Shown here: positions 16,698 to 27,200 of the stretch, piece after piece | Layout: the number at the start of each line of letters is the position of its first letter | Numbering within the stretch: the stretch's first letter is position 1 | Translations under genes and position numbers: made by a program | IMG/VR virus record: IMGVR_UViG_3300030101_003060 | Span: 1 to 53,003 of that record | DNA from: a virus | Taxonomy: Duplodnaviria; Caudoviricetes | Direction: 5' to 3' (one strand) | Length of the DNA: 53,003 bases | The notes under the pieces: model-generated | What the model saw: only the letters and a program-made list of their open reading frames with translations | What the model was told of the DNA's origin: nothing | Databases searched by the model: none

Positions 16698-17222
16698 TTG
16701 ACAGGTGGGGCAGATAAACCTGAAAAGAATAGGAACCCAGATGTTAATGAGCATCTGGGCTTCCTTCGTAATTGGACCATAAAAATGAAGAAGAAGGGGT
16801 ACTTCAGTTTATGGGACAAAGACGAGTTGTTTAATCAGGCTTATTTATGTGCCTACGATCTCTTGTCTCGTAACTACAATCCGAAAAAAGGAACGATCAC
16901 TACGTTTCTAAATTCCTTCCTTTGGTCCCGAGTCGCCTACGCCTATGGAAAATATCACGGCTGGAGACATCGAAAAGAGGGATGGGTTATACTGGAGACA
17001 GCTCTCAACTTAGACACCCACGATATAGGAAAGGAGCTTCACGCAAAGCCAGAACTTCCTCCTGACTTGACTGAAGCAGAACTGGATGTGGTGCTAATGA
17101 GAGTGGGGGGAATGAGCTACAAGAAGATAGCCATTGCTCATGGCTACAAATCCCCCAATACCGTCACTCACTGGATAGAGCATTACATCAAGCCAAAGTT
17201 TAGAAGGGCAGGACTTCTTTGA
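16698..17222 (+). CDS. sigma-70-family RNA polymerase sigma factor-like protein
   Basis: Region 2-like DELFNQAYL..YNPKKGTITTFL; region 4 HTH LTEAELDVVLMRVGGMSYKKIA..GYKSPNTV. Confidence 0.7.
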   Translation: MTGGADKPEKNRNPDVNEHLGFLRNWTIKMKKKGYFSLWDKDELFNQAYLCAYDLLSRNYNPKKGTITTFLNSFLWSRVAYAYGKYHGWRHRKEGWVILETALNLDTHDIGKELHAKPELPPDLTEAELDVVLMRVGGMSYKKIAIAHGYKSPNTVTHWIEHYIKPKFRRAGLL

Positions 17223-17764
17223 ATATTGAGATCATGTTTGACGCTCGTGAACACGCCGCAGGCATGGGGATCACCCTAAACGAGAACCACGAAATCCTTC
17301 CTGATTCCGACTGGATCCTATGGGCCAGACGTTTCAGTGGGATCGACGACCTCTTCGTCTATCGCCACAAGCAGGCGGAAACCTTCGTGTTGGCGAAGTG
17401 GCTCTACCACCCCAAGAAGGACGGGGTAGGAATCCTCATGGAGTTGGAGGCGTTCCCTAATCCCCCCAACTGGCACCCTCCTACTCAAGAGTGGATGAGG
17501 AATCGTCTTCGTCCTGCTCAAGAGATGGCGGAGTCGATGAGGCAGGGGATCCGGGATCGTGCCAAGGCCAAGCGTCGTATGGAACGAGATGCTATTGAGG
17601 AGAAGCATAGAGTTGCGGATTGGGTTAAAGGGCAGGGACAAGAAGAAGCCGCGATGTCTATCCGTAACAAGAAATGGTCCAACAATGACGACCCTGAATT
17701 TGGAGAATTTAAGCAGGATCTCCTCAACTCAGCTAAAGGCCGCATAATCACAGGTGGAAAATGA
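17219..17764 (+). CDS. hypothetical protein
   Basis: 181-aa ORF, coupled to both neighbours. Confidence 0.75.
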   Translation: MNIEIMFDAREHAAGMGITLNENHEILPDSDWILWARRFSGIDDLFVYRHKQAETFVLAKWLYHPKKDGVGILMELEAFPNPPNWHPPTQEWMRNRLRPAQEMAESMRQGIRDRAKAKRRMERDAIEEKHRVADWVKGQGQEEAAMSIRNKKWSNNDDPEFGEFKQDLLNSAKGRIITGGK

Positions 17765-18096
17765 ACCCCCTTACTCTTCTCCAACTTCTTGGTCCCATTC
17801 TTAAGCATCTACCTCCGCAAGCGGCCAGACAACTTATGGCGGGACTTAAAATGGAGGGTCGAGGGTCCGTAAACGCATTTAAGATGTTGCAGCGAGGGGC
17901 AAATCCCGGCAAGTCTGCGATTAGAGATCCTAGCCCAATGTTTGATATGGCTCAAAAAGGAGCCAGACAACAAGACGAAATACTTTCGTTCCTTACAGAA
18001 GATCTAGGGCGGACCTACGACATGAACCAACTTGATGACGCTAGAGACATGATTCAAAACATCATCTCAAACCGTCCTATCTATAGGAGGCGTTGA
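17761..18096 (+). CDS. hypothetical protein with amphipathic N-terminus
   Basis: ATGA overlap with the upstream gene; MNPLTLLQLLGPILKHL. Confidence 0.7.
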   Translation: MNPLTLLQLLGPILKHLPPQAARQLMAGLKMEGRGSVNAFKMLQRGANPGKSAIRDPSPMFDMAQKGARQQDEILSFLTEDLGRTYDMNQLDDARDMIQNIISNRPIYRRR

Positions 18097-19016
18097 TGCA
18101 CAGTTCAGGCTCATTCCTATACACCGTGCTTGAGCGAATCCGGGGCTATCTTGATGACCCTGACTTTGATGCTAAGTACGACAACGACTTTATGATCCGG
18201 CACATCATCTGTCCCACGATGGTTGACGTGATGTCTCGTATCAACATGAACCGCGACGACCCCGTCGTCCTACGTCATGAATTTACCCCCTCAAGTACCG
18301 TGGAGTATTATCAGCTTCCTCCTGCTGTCGGTGAAATTTGGAGAGTCTCCCGTCGTGATAGTGACGGGCATATCATTGACGATATGAAGCCTAGATCTGA
18401 GTTTCATCCAGAAGGCATTGGCTGGGCCATTGAAGGCAACTGCCTTCGCTTCGATCCTAAACTCTCCGACAACACTTGGACTGTTTACTATGTTCCTAGT
18501 GGCGATATCATGCCTCACTACGGAACTACTGGGGAACTCGAAAGCGACCTTTCTTCCTTTACTCTTGCTGCATCCCCTACTCTTGGTTCGATTGATCGAA
18601 GAGAGAATGCTTACGCAGGACAAATCCTCCGACTCCTCCCCGACACCGGATTGGTAGAAGAAAGAGTTATTGCGTCTTACGACACAACTCTTGAATCAAG
18701 CCAAATCACTACTCGCATTCCATTTGAGAACGCCCACAGTAATGTTGGTGCAGCTCTTAAGTACGAGATTGCACCTATTAGAATGCAGTCTCTTTACGAG
18801 GCGATTGCTGCCGGGTCTGCTTTGAAGTTGGGGTCTTACCGCAAGATCACACAAAGCCACTATCAAATGATCCTTCAGCAGTACCGTTCTTCCATCAAGA
18901 CGGCAACCGATAACCTCGCCAACCTTCAGATGCGTACCGGGAAGTCTTGGATGAAGAAGACGGTTGACAATCCCAATTACGATGACATCTTCTACGCTGG
19001 ATCTTGGAGAGCGTAA
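18096..19016 (+). CDS. head-tail adaptor / tail tubular A-like protein
   Basis: N-terminal helix (VLERIRGYLDD), YYQLP, VYYVP, C-terminal helices (LYEAIAAGSALKL); position in the operon. Confidence 0.6.
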   Translation: MHSSGSFLYTVLERIRGYLDDPDFDAKYDNDFMIRHIICPTMVDVMSRINMNRDDPVVLRHEFTPSSTVEYYQLPPAVGEIWRVSRRDSDGHIIDDMKPRSEFHPEGIGWAIEGNCLRFDPKLSDNTWTVYYVPSGDIMPHYGTTGELESDLSSFTLAASPTLGSIDRRENAYAGQILRLLPDTGLVEERVIASYDTTLESSQITTRIPFENAHSNVGAALKYEIAPIRMQSLYEAIAAGSALKLGSYRKITQSHYQMILQQYRSSIKTATDNLANLQMRTGKSWMKKTVDNPNYDDIFYAGSWRA

Positions 19017-19381
19017 TGACCGCACGATTTGACTGGACAATCAATCAGGGCGAGACATCTGAGTTCACCCTTGTACGAACACTGACAAGCAACGGCAGTG
19101 CCGTTAACTTCAACAGCGGTGCAACTTGGGCCTTGAAGGTCAAGGACAAGTATGGGGGGACTGAGAAGTTGTCGTTGACGAGTGCCGCCTCCGGCTCTCA
19201 ATCAGCAGCCCCCTTCACTCACACCAACTCCAGCAATACTGTTGTCGTTACCTTGACGGCGGACCAGACAGCAGCATTTGATGCCCCTGTCAAATATGTT
19301 TGGGATATGCAGGTGATTGAAGGGACATCTAAAACCCGCTTAGTTGAAGGCACATTGATTGTGTCTCCGGGAGTAACTTGA
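19016..19381 (+). CDS. BppU/LtfC-like Ig-fold structural protein
   Basis: TINQG...VTLTADQTA...YVWDMQ...RLVEGTLIVSPGVT. Confidence 0.7.
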   Translation: MTARFDWTINQGETSEFTLVRTLTSNGSAVNFNSGATWALKVKDKYGGTEKLSLTSAASGSQSAAPFTHTNSSNTVVVTLTADQTAAFDAPVKYVWDMQVIEGTSKTRLVEGTLIVSPGVT

Positions 19382-20109
19382 TGTCTGATACCATCACAAT
19401 TACGACTGTCTCTCACACAATTACAATTACTCATGGGACGGCCCAGACTGTCAGCATTACAAAGGCAGCCGAGCAGTCTGCCACTCTATCTACCAATCAA
19501 GGCACGCCCAGCCTTACGGGCCTCACAACTGATGCATTGTCAGAGGGTTCCAGCAATCTATATCACACAACTGGAAGGGCCGCTGCGGCAGCCCCTATTC
19601 AAAGTGTGATTGCCAACACTGGAGTTGCTGATGCGGGCTGCGAGCTAACAACTAGCGAAGCGGGTGTTGCTTCTGTCAAGGTAGTGGACCGTTGTAAAAG
19701 TATCACAATGCCTTCTGGATGGACGGTGGGAACTGTAAACTCTGCGGGCCTTATTGCAATTACAGTTGGCAATGCTGCAACAATCCGAACAGGATTGGGA
19801 GTCACCAATGTAGGTGCTTATACCGGCCAGATCGAAACCGCAGCCAACAAGACGTACACTCTTGATCCTTCTACGGCAACGGCTCGAACCATCACCGGCT
19901 TCTACATTAAGTCCGGCAGTGGCACGGTAACGGCAGAACTCAAGAACGACACCAGCAGCGTCAAGGCCAGCGTCAGCGTTTCAACGTCAAGTGGCGATCA
20001 GTCCTCTTTTTCCAACACCAGCGTTGCCATCAACAAACCAATTACTCTTGTGCTTACCAGCAACTCTTCTGCTACAGACGTTACCTTTGCAGTGGAGTAC
20101 ACAGAATGA
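19381..20109 (+). CDS. tail fibre-like protein
   Basis: T/S/A-rich; TTDALSEGSSNLYHT..RA fibre motif. Confidence 0.65.
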   Translation: MSDTITITTVSHTITITHGTAQTVSITKAAEQSATLSTNQGTPSLTGLTTDALSEGSSNLYHTTGRAAAAAPIQSVIANTGVADAGCELTTSEAGVASVKVVDRCKSITMPSGWTVGTVNSAGLIAITVGNAATIRTGLGVTNVGAYTGQIETAANKTYTLDPSTATARTITGFYIKSGSGTVTAELKNDTSSVKASVSVSTSSGDQSSFSNTSVAINKPITLVLTSNSSATDVTFAVEYTE

Positions 20110-20561
20110 GTAAGTGGTTGTTCTTCCCTACGCCAACGAGTAGCGAAACGGTTAAAGACACTTACACTCAAAGTGCCCAGTGGATTTGGCGTTCGGCTAA
20201 TAATTGGTGGAACAATATTGATGAAGGTACTTGGTCTAGCACAGGCACTACAACGGGTACCTATTTGAAGTTAGATTCGGGCAGCAGAATTGTAACGGAC
20301 AAGGTTGTTTTTTCCGCAGATGATCCTAATCAAGGCGGTCTTGGTGCTGATTGGGAAATTCGTGTAACCATCTCGCCTTCTACAGGAGGAGTAAAAACAA
20401 CTCTTCGTGGAACTAACGCTGGGGCAGGTGATTCCATTTGGAATTGGGTAGATGCTGGTGGAAGCACTACTACTCTTAGTTCTGCTGATATTGAAGATGG
20501 CGGTAACTTTGGGTGGGATAACAGCGACACAATCAAGATTGAACTTGTAGATCCGAGTTAA
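20106..20561 (+). CDS. putative virion protein (Trp-rich beta domain)
   Basis: Coupled ORF within the fibre module. Confidence 0.6.
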   Translation: MSKWLFFPTPTSSETVKDTYTQSAQWIWRSANNWWNNIDEGTWSSTGTTTGTYLKLDSGSRIVTDKVVFSADDPNQGGLGADWEIRVTISPSTGGVKTTLRGTNAGAGDSIWNWVDAGGSTTTLSSADIEDGGNFGWDNSDTIKIELVDPS

Positions 20562-20564
20562 GCC

Positions 20565-21959
20565 ATGTCGTATCTCAACGAGAGTGATCCAAATCTTGCG
20601 TATGGGAAATTGCCGGGCGACAGCGTTCCGGTTCCTCTTGTCACTTGGCCTGATTCAATCCTCAAAGGGTTTAATCAAAACCGCCTTGTGCCAGGAGAAA
20701 TCCGATCAACCCCATACTCTTGGCCGGGCAATTCCTACACTCCCGCAGGACTAGGTGGCAACTCTCAACAAGCCTACAACTTGTTTGAAGGTAGCAACAA
20801 CAGCATCTACAACCCGATCTCTACTTCCTTCAACACCACAATCTTTGAAGGAGCAGAGCCAAACACAAGTTTCGCATCGGTAGTCGCAGGGGGCGATATT
20901 GTTACGGTTTCTTCTGACCCCGAGAATAACTCTGGCAGTAATAGCGTATTATCTAAATACACCATCGACATCGACACGTCAAACGAAGGGCCTTTAGAAA
21001 CAGCCATTAGTGCCATGGGTTTCGTTCAGAGTTCTGGTGGGGGGAGTGCCTCAAACTCTTGGTCTGTCTTCGATGTTGATAGCGGGGGCAACCTTACCGC
21101 TGGTGCTGCAAATCAAACTCTAAACGTCAGCGGAGATGGCACTTACACCCAAACTGAAAACTCCAGTGGCCTTAAGTTAAATTACATTCGTGATTGTTTT
21201 GAGAGGTTTGCAGGAGACAATGCCACCCTTTCCCCGACAGGGCAAAATGAAGTCTTAACTATTGAAGGTGGAACTGGAATTACGACCAGTGCTGCGGGAA
21301 CCACCATTACAATCAATAATGACTTTGCAGACCAAAACGTCTTTACAGTCATCAAGGGTGATAACACAGGTCAAGATGTAACCCCAGACAGCACTACAGA
21401 CACCCTCAAGTTCACCAACGTCACAACAAACGCTATAGTAAAAGCCGCTCTGACTATTGAAACAGACTCTGCCTCTGACGAAGTTCGGTTCAATGTTGTG
21501 CCTCAACCTCATGCAGGTTTTGGTTCCCAACTTGTTGTCATTGAGGGTCCGGGTAGTAGTAGTGGACCACATGAAAACAATACCGTAGACACTCTTCCAG
21601 TAGAAGAACAGATTGATATCCCAAGCGTTGGGATTTTGAAGTATTGGAAGTACACAGTCAAGGCTTTGATTTTTGACGGCCTTAGTCTTGCGGTTGACGG
21701 TGACGGCAAATCTACAAATGTCACATACGAAAGCGGACATCTTTACGACTTTGGAAGGAATAAAATAAACAAGGGAGGCACTGCTGAAGCTCTTGTCTCC
21801 CCTACCAGCACAGCCAACTTAGAAGGACCTACCATCAATGGAGGTGTGCCTAATGGTGCGTTTTGGGAAATAGGTACAGTCCTTCTTGCACAAAAGGTAA
21901 GCGCCAGTGGCGTTTGGGCCATAGGTATGCCCCCCAGACTTAAGGCGGTTTGTGAATGA
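20565..21959 (+). CDS. tail fibre protein
   Basis: Three degenerate repeats of type F..(G)D..(T/P)....TL.(I/V).G(G.GI.T). Confidence 0.65.
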   Translation: MSYLNESDPNLAYGKLPGDSVPVPLVTWPDSILKGFNQNRLVPGEIRSTPYSWPGNSYTPAGLGGNSQQAYNLFEGSNNSIYNPISTSFNTTIFEGAEPNTSFASVVAGGDIVTVSSDPENNSGSNSVLSKYTIDIDTSNEGPLETAISAMGFVQSSGGGSASNSWSVFDVDSGGNLTAGAANQTLNVSGDGTYTQTENSSGLKLNYIRDCFERFAGDNATLSPTGQNEVLTIEGGTGITTSAAGTTITINNDFADQNVFTVIKGDNTGQDVTPDSTTDTLKFTNVTTNAIVKAALTIETDSASDEVRFNVVPQPHAGFGSQLVVIEGPGSSSGPHENNTVDTLPVEEQIDIPSVGILKYWKYTVKALIFDGLSLAVDGDGKSTNVTYESGHLYDFGRNKINKGGTAEALVSPTSTANLEGPTINGGVPNGAFWEIGTVLLAQKVSASGVWAIGMPPRLKAVCE

Positions 21960-24001
21960 GTTACTGGGCTTCTTGTTGCTGCGGGTCGGAGGATATCTTC
22001 TTTGTCAAATGTGAAGATGCCCCTCCTTATGCTGTAAATTTGAAGGGGCCAGAATCAGACTTTGAAGAGGTTGCAGGTAGAGATATTTCCCTTGGTCAAG
22101 TCTGGTATCACCAAACAGAAGAGGGAGAATGCTGGTGCGGGACGTTTCAGACGACAGACCCCACAGACGCTCTTGTGTATAATAAGACAGGATCATGGGA
22201 TGGACCCCAAGACGATTGCGATGACGGCGACTGCGATGCCTGCTACATGTACTTCATCCCTTGCTTTGACCATGTCCACAGCTACGCCATGGCAACGACC
22301 ATTGCAAAATGGAACACTTTGTTGGTCGATTCTTCAGGTTCGGCCTTAAGTATTGACTCCTCAAATGCTTCTACTTATGCAGGGACTTGGTTGTTTGACC
22401 GAAAAATCGGAGACAACAATGACCCTTCAAGCACTCCTTGTTGTCCTGAAGAAGCACAGCCTTGTGTGGCGTTTTGTGGGTATCTGTCGCCCACTCCTCC
22501 CGAAGGCAAGTCGATTTGCCACGACAAGGAAGGAGTCCTACCTGAATGTCCTTGGTGTACTCCAACCAGCAACCAGATTCAAGTTATTGACGGGATTGGG
22601 TATTTAAATCTGGGCGCAAGCAACTTTGAAAACGTAGACGACAATGTCCATTGCGATGAATATGTTGATTTGACTACAACCCCCAACGCAGAACCCAAGT
22701 GCCGAGTCTGCCGCCCACAGGTTTGTGGAGGTCCTACTACTAGATACCTTGAGTATAGAGGCCAGAAAACAATCGTTCTATACTCGAAGATTACTGGAAG
22801 CCACACAAAAACAAACTCAATCCAAAACACTATCGACAGAGTCTTGTCTGCTACAGGCTCTTTCGATATCCAACTTTCTATTGATTATTCTGTTTGGCTG
22901 TCTGTTGATGTAATTCAAAACGATCTTCAATACTTCCCTGACGACCCTAGTTCTCCTGCTGGAACAACCATTCGTTGGGACGAAGAAATCATGAGTGAAC
23001 ACAGTATCACAAGAGGCTGTGTAACCATCAACAACAGTGCGGCTGACATTGTTCAAAGAGGCGAACTTCAAAACGCATGGACCTATACCCACATCGACAA
23101 TGACGATTCAAGCAAAAACTTCACAGAAGAAGTAGAACTTCTTTCTCAATCGGTCACTGTCCCTCCACAAAACGAGTCCCTCCACTCGGGCAGGTACCAA
23201 AGGAGGATAAACCTCTTTGCTGACGGCAGGCAATTTGATCCTGACCCCAACACCAGCACCACCTACGCAGAAGTGTGCAGTGGCTTGGGTAGAGCTTGCG
23301 TTATGAACTGGCTGCAAGCAGGCAATCTTAACATTCAAATAGATGCCGAAGTAAAAGAAACAAGGACTGGGGATGATCCCGGAACATATACCGAATCAAG
23401 ATCTATTCCTATGCCCCTCCAAGTCTCAACCGCAATGGTGGACAAAACGGCAACGGATATTTCCTGCTGTACGACACTACCCCAGTTTGAGGCTTTATGG
23501 TGGACGGATCTGCCAAAGTCTATTGTTACTTTGATGAGAAATGTTAGAAATGCAATTAAACCTGCCGAAATCCATGTGCAGGCAACCGCAAACGCACTTT
23601 CCCCGCAAGAATTTGAACAGCAGATTAAAAACACAGGAACAGAATCAAACCCCTTCTACTCCTACGAGCACCTTTTTAGGCCCGAGCCAGACGGATGGGG
23701 GTTTGGTATTGCCGATGTTCCTTATCTTGTGTGGGATTCTACAAGCCCCAGATATGGTGAGACTGTAGATTCTGGATTTATCTGCCCCAACCTTGACGGG
23801 TCAGCCAATTACCCTACTCAATGGAAATTCAATTTCAACAACACGGCTACAAATCAAACGGGTTATCCTCCCGGACCCGGCATTTCTTCTGTGTTCTCAA
23901 GGAACCATGTGGTCGATATTTCCATTACCGACGTACCCATAAGTTTTACATGCCACAGCAACCTTCCCAGTGCTAGTTGTGCCTCTGGAGAGATCTCATG
24001 A
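21956..24001 (+). CDS. cysteine-rich putative receptor-binding/tail protein
   Basis: N-terminus MSYWASCCCG; many CxC, CxxC and CC motifs in the first ~260 aa. Confidence 0.6.
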   Translation: MSYWASCCCGSEDIFFVKCEDAPPYAVNLKGPESDFEEVAGRDISLGQVWYHQTEEGECWCGTFQTTDPTDALVYNKTGSWDGPQDDCDDGDCDACYMYFIPCFDHVHSYAMATTIAKWNTLLVDSSGSALSIDSSNASTYAGTWLFDRKIGDNNDPSSTPCCPEEAQPCVAFCGYLSPTPPEGKSICHDKEGVLPECPWCTPTSNQIQVIDGIGYLNLGASNFENVDDNVHCDEYVDLTTTPNAEPKCRVCRPQVCGGPTTRYLEYRGQKTIVLYSKITGSHTKTNSIQNTIDRVLSATGSFDIQLSIDYSVWLSVDVIQNDLQYFPDDPSSPAGTTIRWDEEIMSEHSITRGCVTINNSAADIVQRGELQNAWTYTHIDNDDSSKNFTEEVELLSQSVTVPPQNESLHSGRYQRRINLFADGRQFDPDPNTSTTYAEVCSGLGRACVMNWLQAGNLNIQIDAEVKETRTGDDPGTYTESRSIPMPLQVSTAMVDKTATDISCCTTLPQFEALWWTDLPKSIVTLMRNVRNAIKPAEIHVQATANALSPQEFEQQIKNTGTESNPFYSYEHLFRPEPDGWGFGIADVPYLVWDSTSPRYGETVDSGFICPNLDGSANYPTQWKFNFNNTATNQTGYPPGPGISSVFSRNHVVDISITDVPISFTCHSNLPSASCASGEIS

Positions 24002-24249
24002 ATCAATGCGAATATTATACCGATGGCTTTTGCAGAGCAGGCCAGTATAATGGCAAGCCGACAGAAGACGACTGTGCTGTTTGCTCTCACTATCGTGGGC
24101 CAAGCAGGGGCATGGGCGACAAGATCGCTAAAGTCCTTGAGGCAACCAAGATAGATAAAGCAGTGAAGTCTGTATTGAAGGATTGCGGTTGCGGCAAAAG
24201 ACGCGCAGCCTTAAACAAGATATTCCCCAAGGGTTCTACTGATGCCTGA
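23998..24249 (+). CDS. small Cys-rich protein (GxGD...CGC..RR..LN family)
   Basis: GMGDKIAKVL...DCGCGKRRAALN; ATGA-coupled. Confidence 0.7.
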   Translation: MNQCEYYTDGFCRAGQYNGKPTEDDCAVCSHYRGPSRGMGDKIAKVLEATKIDKAVKSVLKDCGCGKRRAALNKIFPKGSTDA

Positions 24250-27200
24250 AGTCAATAGAAGGTGGGTGTACCCCACAATCACAGCCTCCGAAAACAAGGG
24301 CATTGAACGCATTGCCCTGACGGGGGAAGGTACTGCCCACGAAGTAGTAGGCGTTGACGGCAGTCGTCGTTTTGGCTGCCGACCGTCATCAGGCTTTCGT
24401 CTTGCCCACACCCTTAATGTTTATCAGAACTTCCAAGGTTCCAACGCCGCCAACCCCGATGCCTCCCGTCCCTTTTCGGACAAGGCTCCCCCCACTCAGA
24501 CCAAGGCATCTACCGTCCTCGACTGCTTCCCCGTCAACTTCCAGATTCGGGAGGGCGAGTTTGCTCATGGGTTTGTTTACCGAGTCCAAGGGGCAGGGGT
24601 AGCAACCTCCGCCATCTTCATGGACTACTGTCCTACGAATACAGTAGACAGTGCTGCCGGGTGGCGTACAGTTCTCATCAGTGACCACAAGACTCCCGGC
24701 GTTGATTCCGTCAACCACGTTTCCCCCACGGCAAAGATGGACGTTGTCTCAATGGGGAAATACGTCTTTGTGTTGGTGCAGGGACGTAAGCCCCGAGTCT
24801 TCTACATTGAATACGATTCTGTAGGAACAAAGGCTACAGCGACTTTCACGTTTGGGGCTATTGATACTACCGCAGACGCAACTTTGAAACTGATTGATTC
24901 GCAGGGGACAGAGAAGACATACATGATTAGAGCGTCTTCTGCTACTGCTTCAAGTCAGCAATTCTTGCGGGGGGCTAGTGCGACTGAATGTGCTACGAAC
25001 TTCAAGACTTTGGTAGAAAGCTCGAACGGTCATAACGGAACAATCACTGTTCTTGCTAATCAGGTTTCCGCGACTGACTCCACTACCGCCGCAGGCAAGA
25101 TCATTTTGACTCAGGCTACAAAGGGAACTGGCGGCAACACCGCCATCGCTTCTCCCAGCGGTAATTGGAACGACAACACCAGCGTCAACGTAGGCTCGGC
25201 CTTTACTGGTGGGGGGACTGGGGCAACCACCTACTCCCATAAGATTGTCAACGGCGGTCCCGGCGCAAGACCAAAGGTTCGCAACTTCGGGTCTGACTAC
25301 AATTTCCCTGAGAAACTGTACGAACTCAACAATGTTGATGGGGCCGGAGGGAATGACGATAACACCTACGGTCGATATCAACAATCCGTAGTTACTTCTG
25401 AAACAGTCCCATACGGAGAACTCATTGAGTCTGCTGCTGGATCAGATCCCGGCCACGCAAACGACGAAGTAATTTTTCATAAGTTTGCTGCGGGAGGAGA
25501 CTACAGTTTCGCCTACTATCTTTACGACAGTGAAACAGGAAGGCGTACTGCTCTTTGTGATGTCGTTTCCCGAGGGGAAAAGCAGAACAACAAGCTGTCT
25601 GCGGAGAAGTTCATCGGGTTTGCGGTAGAAGTTGACACTGAAAAGTACGATCAAATCTACATCTTCAGGTCTGTTCGCCAACAATCAGCGGGTGGTGTCT
25701 ATTCAGGGACCCTCCTTCACCTTGACACTATCTACAACATCTCAGACAGTGAACCTCTTGGTGCAGTAACCGCAGCATATAAGGGAATTACAGAACTCCA
25801 GTCTCACTTGAATCCCGACTATGGCGATGGGAACAGTACCGGCTGGAAGGTCTTCAATGTCTGGTATCAACTGGACGACATCTCTCTTGCAATGCAAGAC
25901 ATGTATCTGGACAAGACCATAATTGAAGACGAGATGCCTTATGCGGCATCGGGAGTTCCCTTTGACGGCAGCCTTATTGTCTGTGATCCGCAAGGAGAGA
26001 CAACCTTGCTGTCAGACAATCTTGACTCCAAGACAAGAAACATCGGAGAGATTCGATGGTCTTCTTTGACAGAACGAAGTCCTGAACTCTTTCCTATCAA
26101 CAACAAGTACAGTCCAGATGTATACCAGAACAGGGTAGAGCATCTCTCAAAGGCTGGCGAGTTTGCAGTTGGGTTTAGTTCAGACCGTCTTTACCACATC
26201 CGACGTAATGGCATCTACCTCAAGATTGAGGACATGCACGCAGGGTTTGGTCTTGCGTCGGAAAACGGATATGCTTCTGCTGGCCCTCTTTGCTACTTCA
26301 TAACGTCAAAGGGATTGAAGGCAATCGCCAACAACGGCCAGCTTGATGACGTTCAGGCTCTCGATAATCTCCTATTGGAAGATTGGTATTCGGATCTTTC
26401 AAGTGTTCGATTGAGTTTTGATCCGTATGCTTCCTGCCTCTTTATCTTGAATCCCGTCAAGGAGCAGACTGTCTGCATGTGGTTTGGTACAGGCCGGATC
26501 ACAGAACTCCACGACACTGACTTTACAGATATCCGTTCAGGCATCTGGCCCCAAACGTACACCCGAAATACCTACGACGACACTACCCCCACTACAACCA
26601 CAACTACGTCCATGGTTGAAAGAACCTTCTTCCTGCAAAACCATCCGCAGGCAGGAGATCTTTCCAACAACATCACTGCCAACTGGAGGCCCCGAGTCTA
26701 CATCCATGACTTGGATCGAGACAAGGTGACGGTGAACAGCACCGATCTGTCTGCGGGCCAGCCCATGCTTCGGACACTGGACTGCACTGGCGACTCGATC
26801 TTCACGGTCCACACCTCTGTAGCCGGTTCCGGTGTCACCGTCCTCACGCTTAAGAGTGGGGGGACTGGTACAAAGAACCTTTCCACTACTGGAGGCAGCG
26901 GATGGGAGTTGGCAGGGGCCAAGGTTTATGTGATTTCGTCTGATGCCTCTACAAGAGTTGGGACAAAAGCCACTATCGTCACTTGCGGTAAAGGCACAGT
27001 CACTGCTAACGGATCAGGGAGTCAGACCATTACTGTTGATGGGGACGTATCTACCCTCATACAAAAGAACGATGTCATCGCTGTTAGCCCGGTCCTCTTC
27101 CGGTATGTGGGGGGAGCATTGCCGATGGTCAGAACTGAAGACATGAAGGTTCTGACCCGATTTGACCTCTTCCAGAACAAGCAAGTATCCTCCATTGGAT

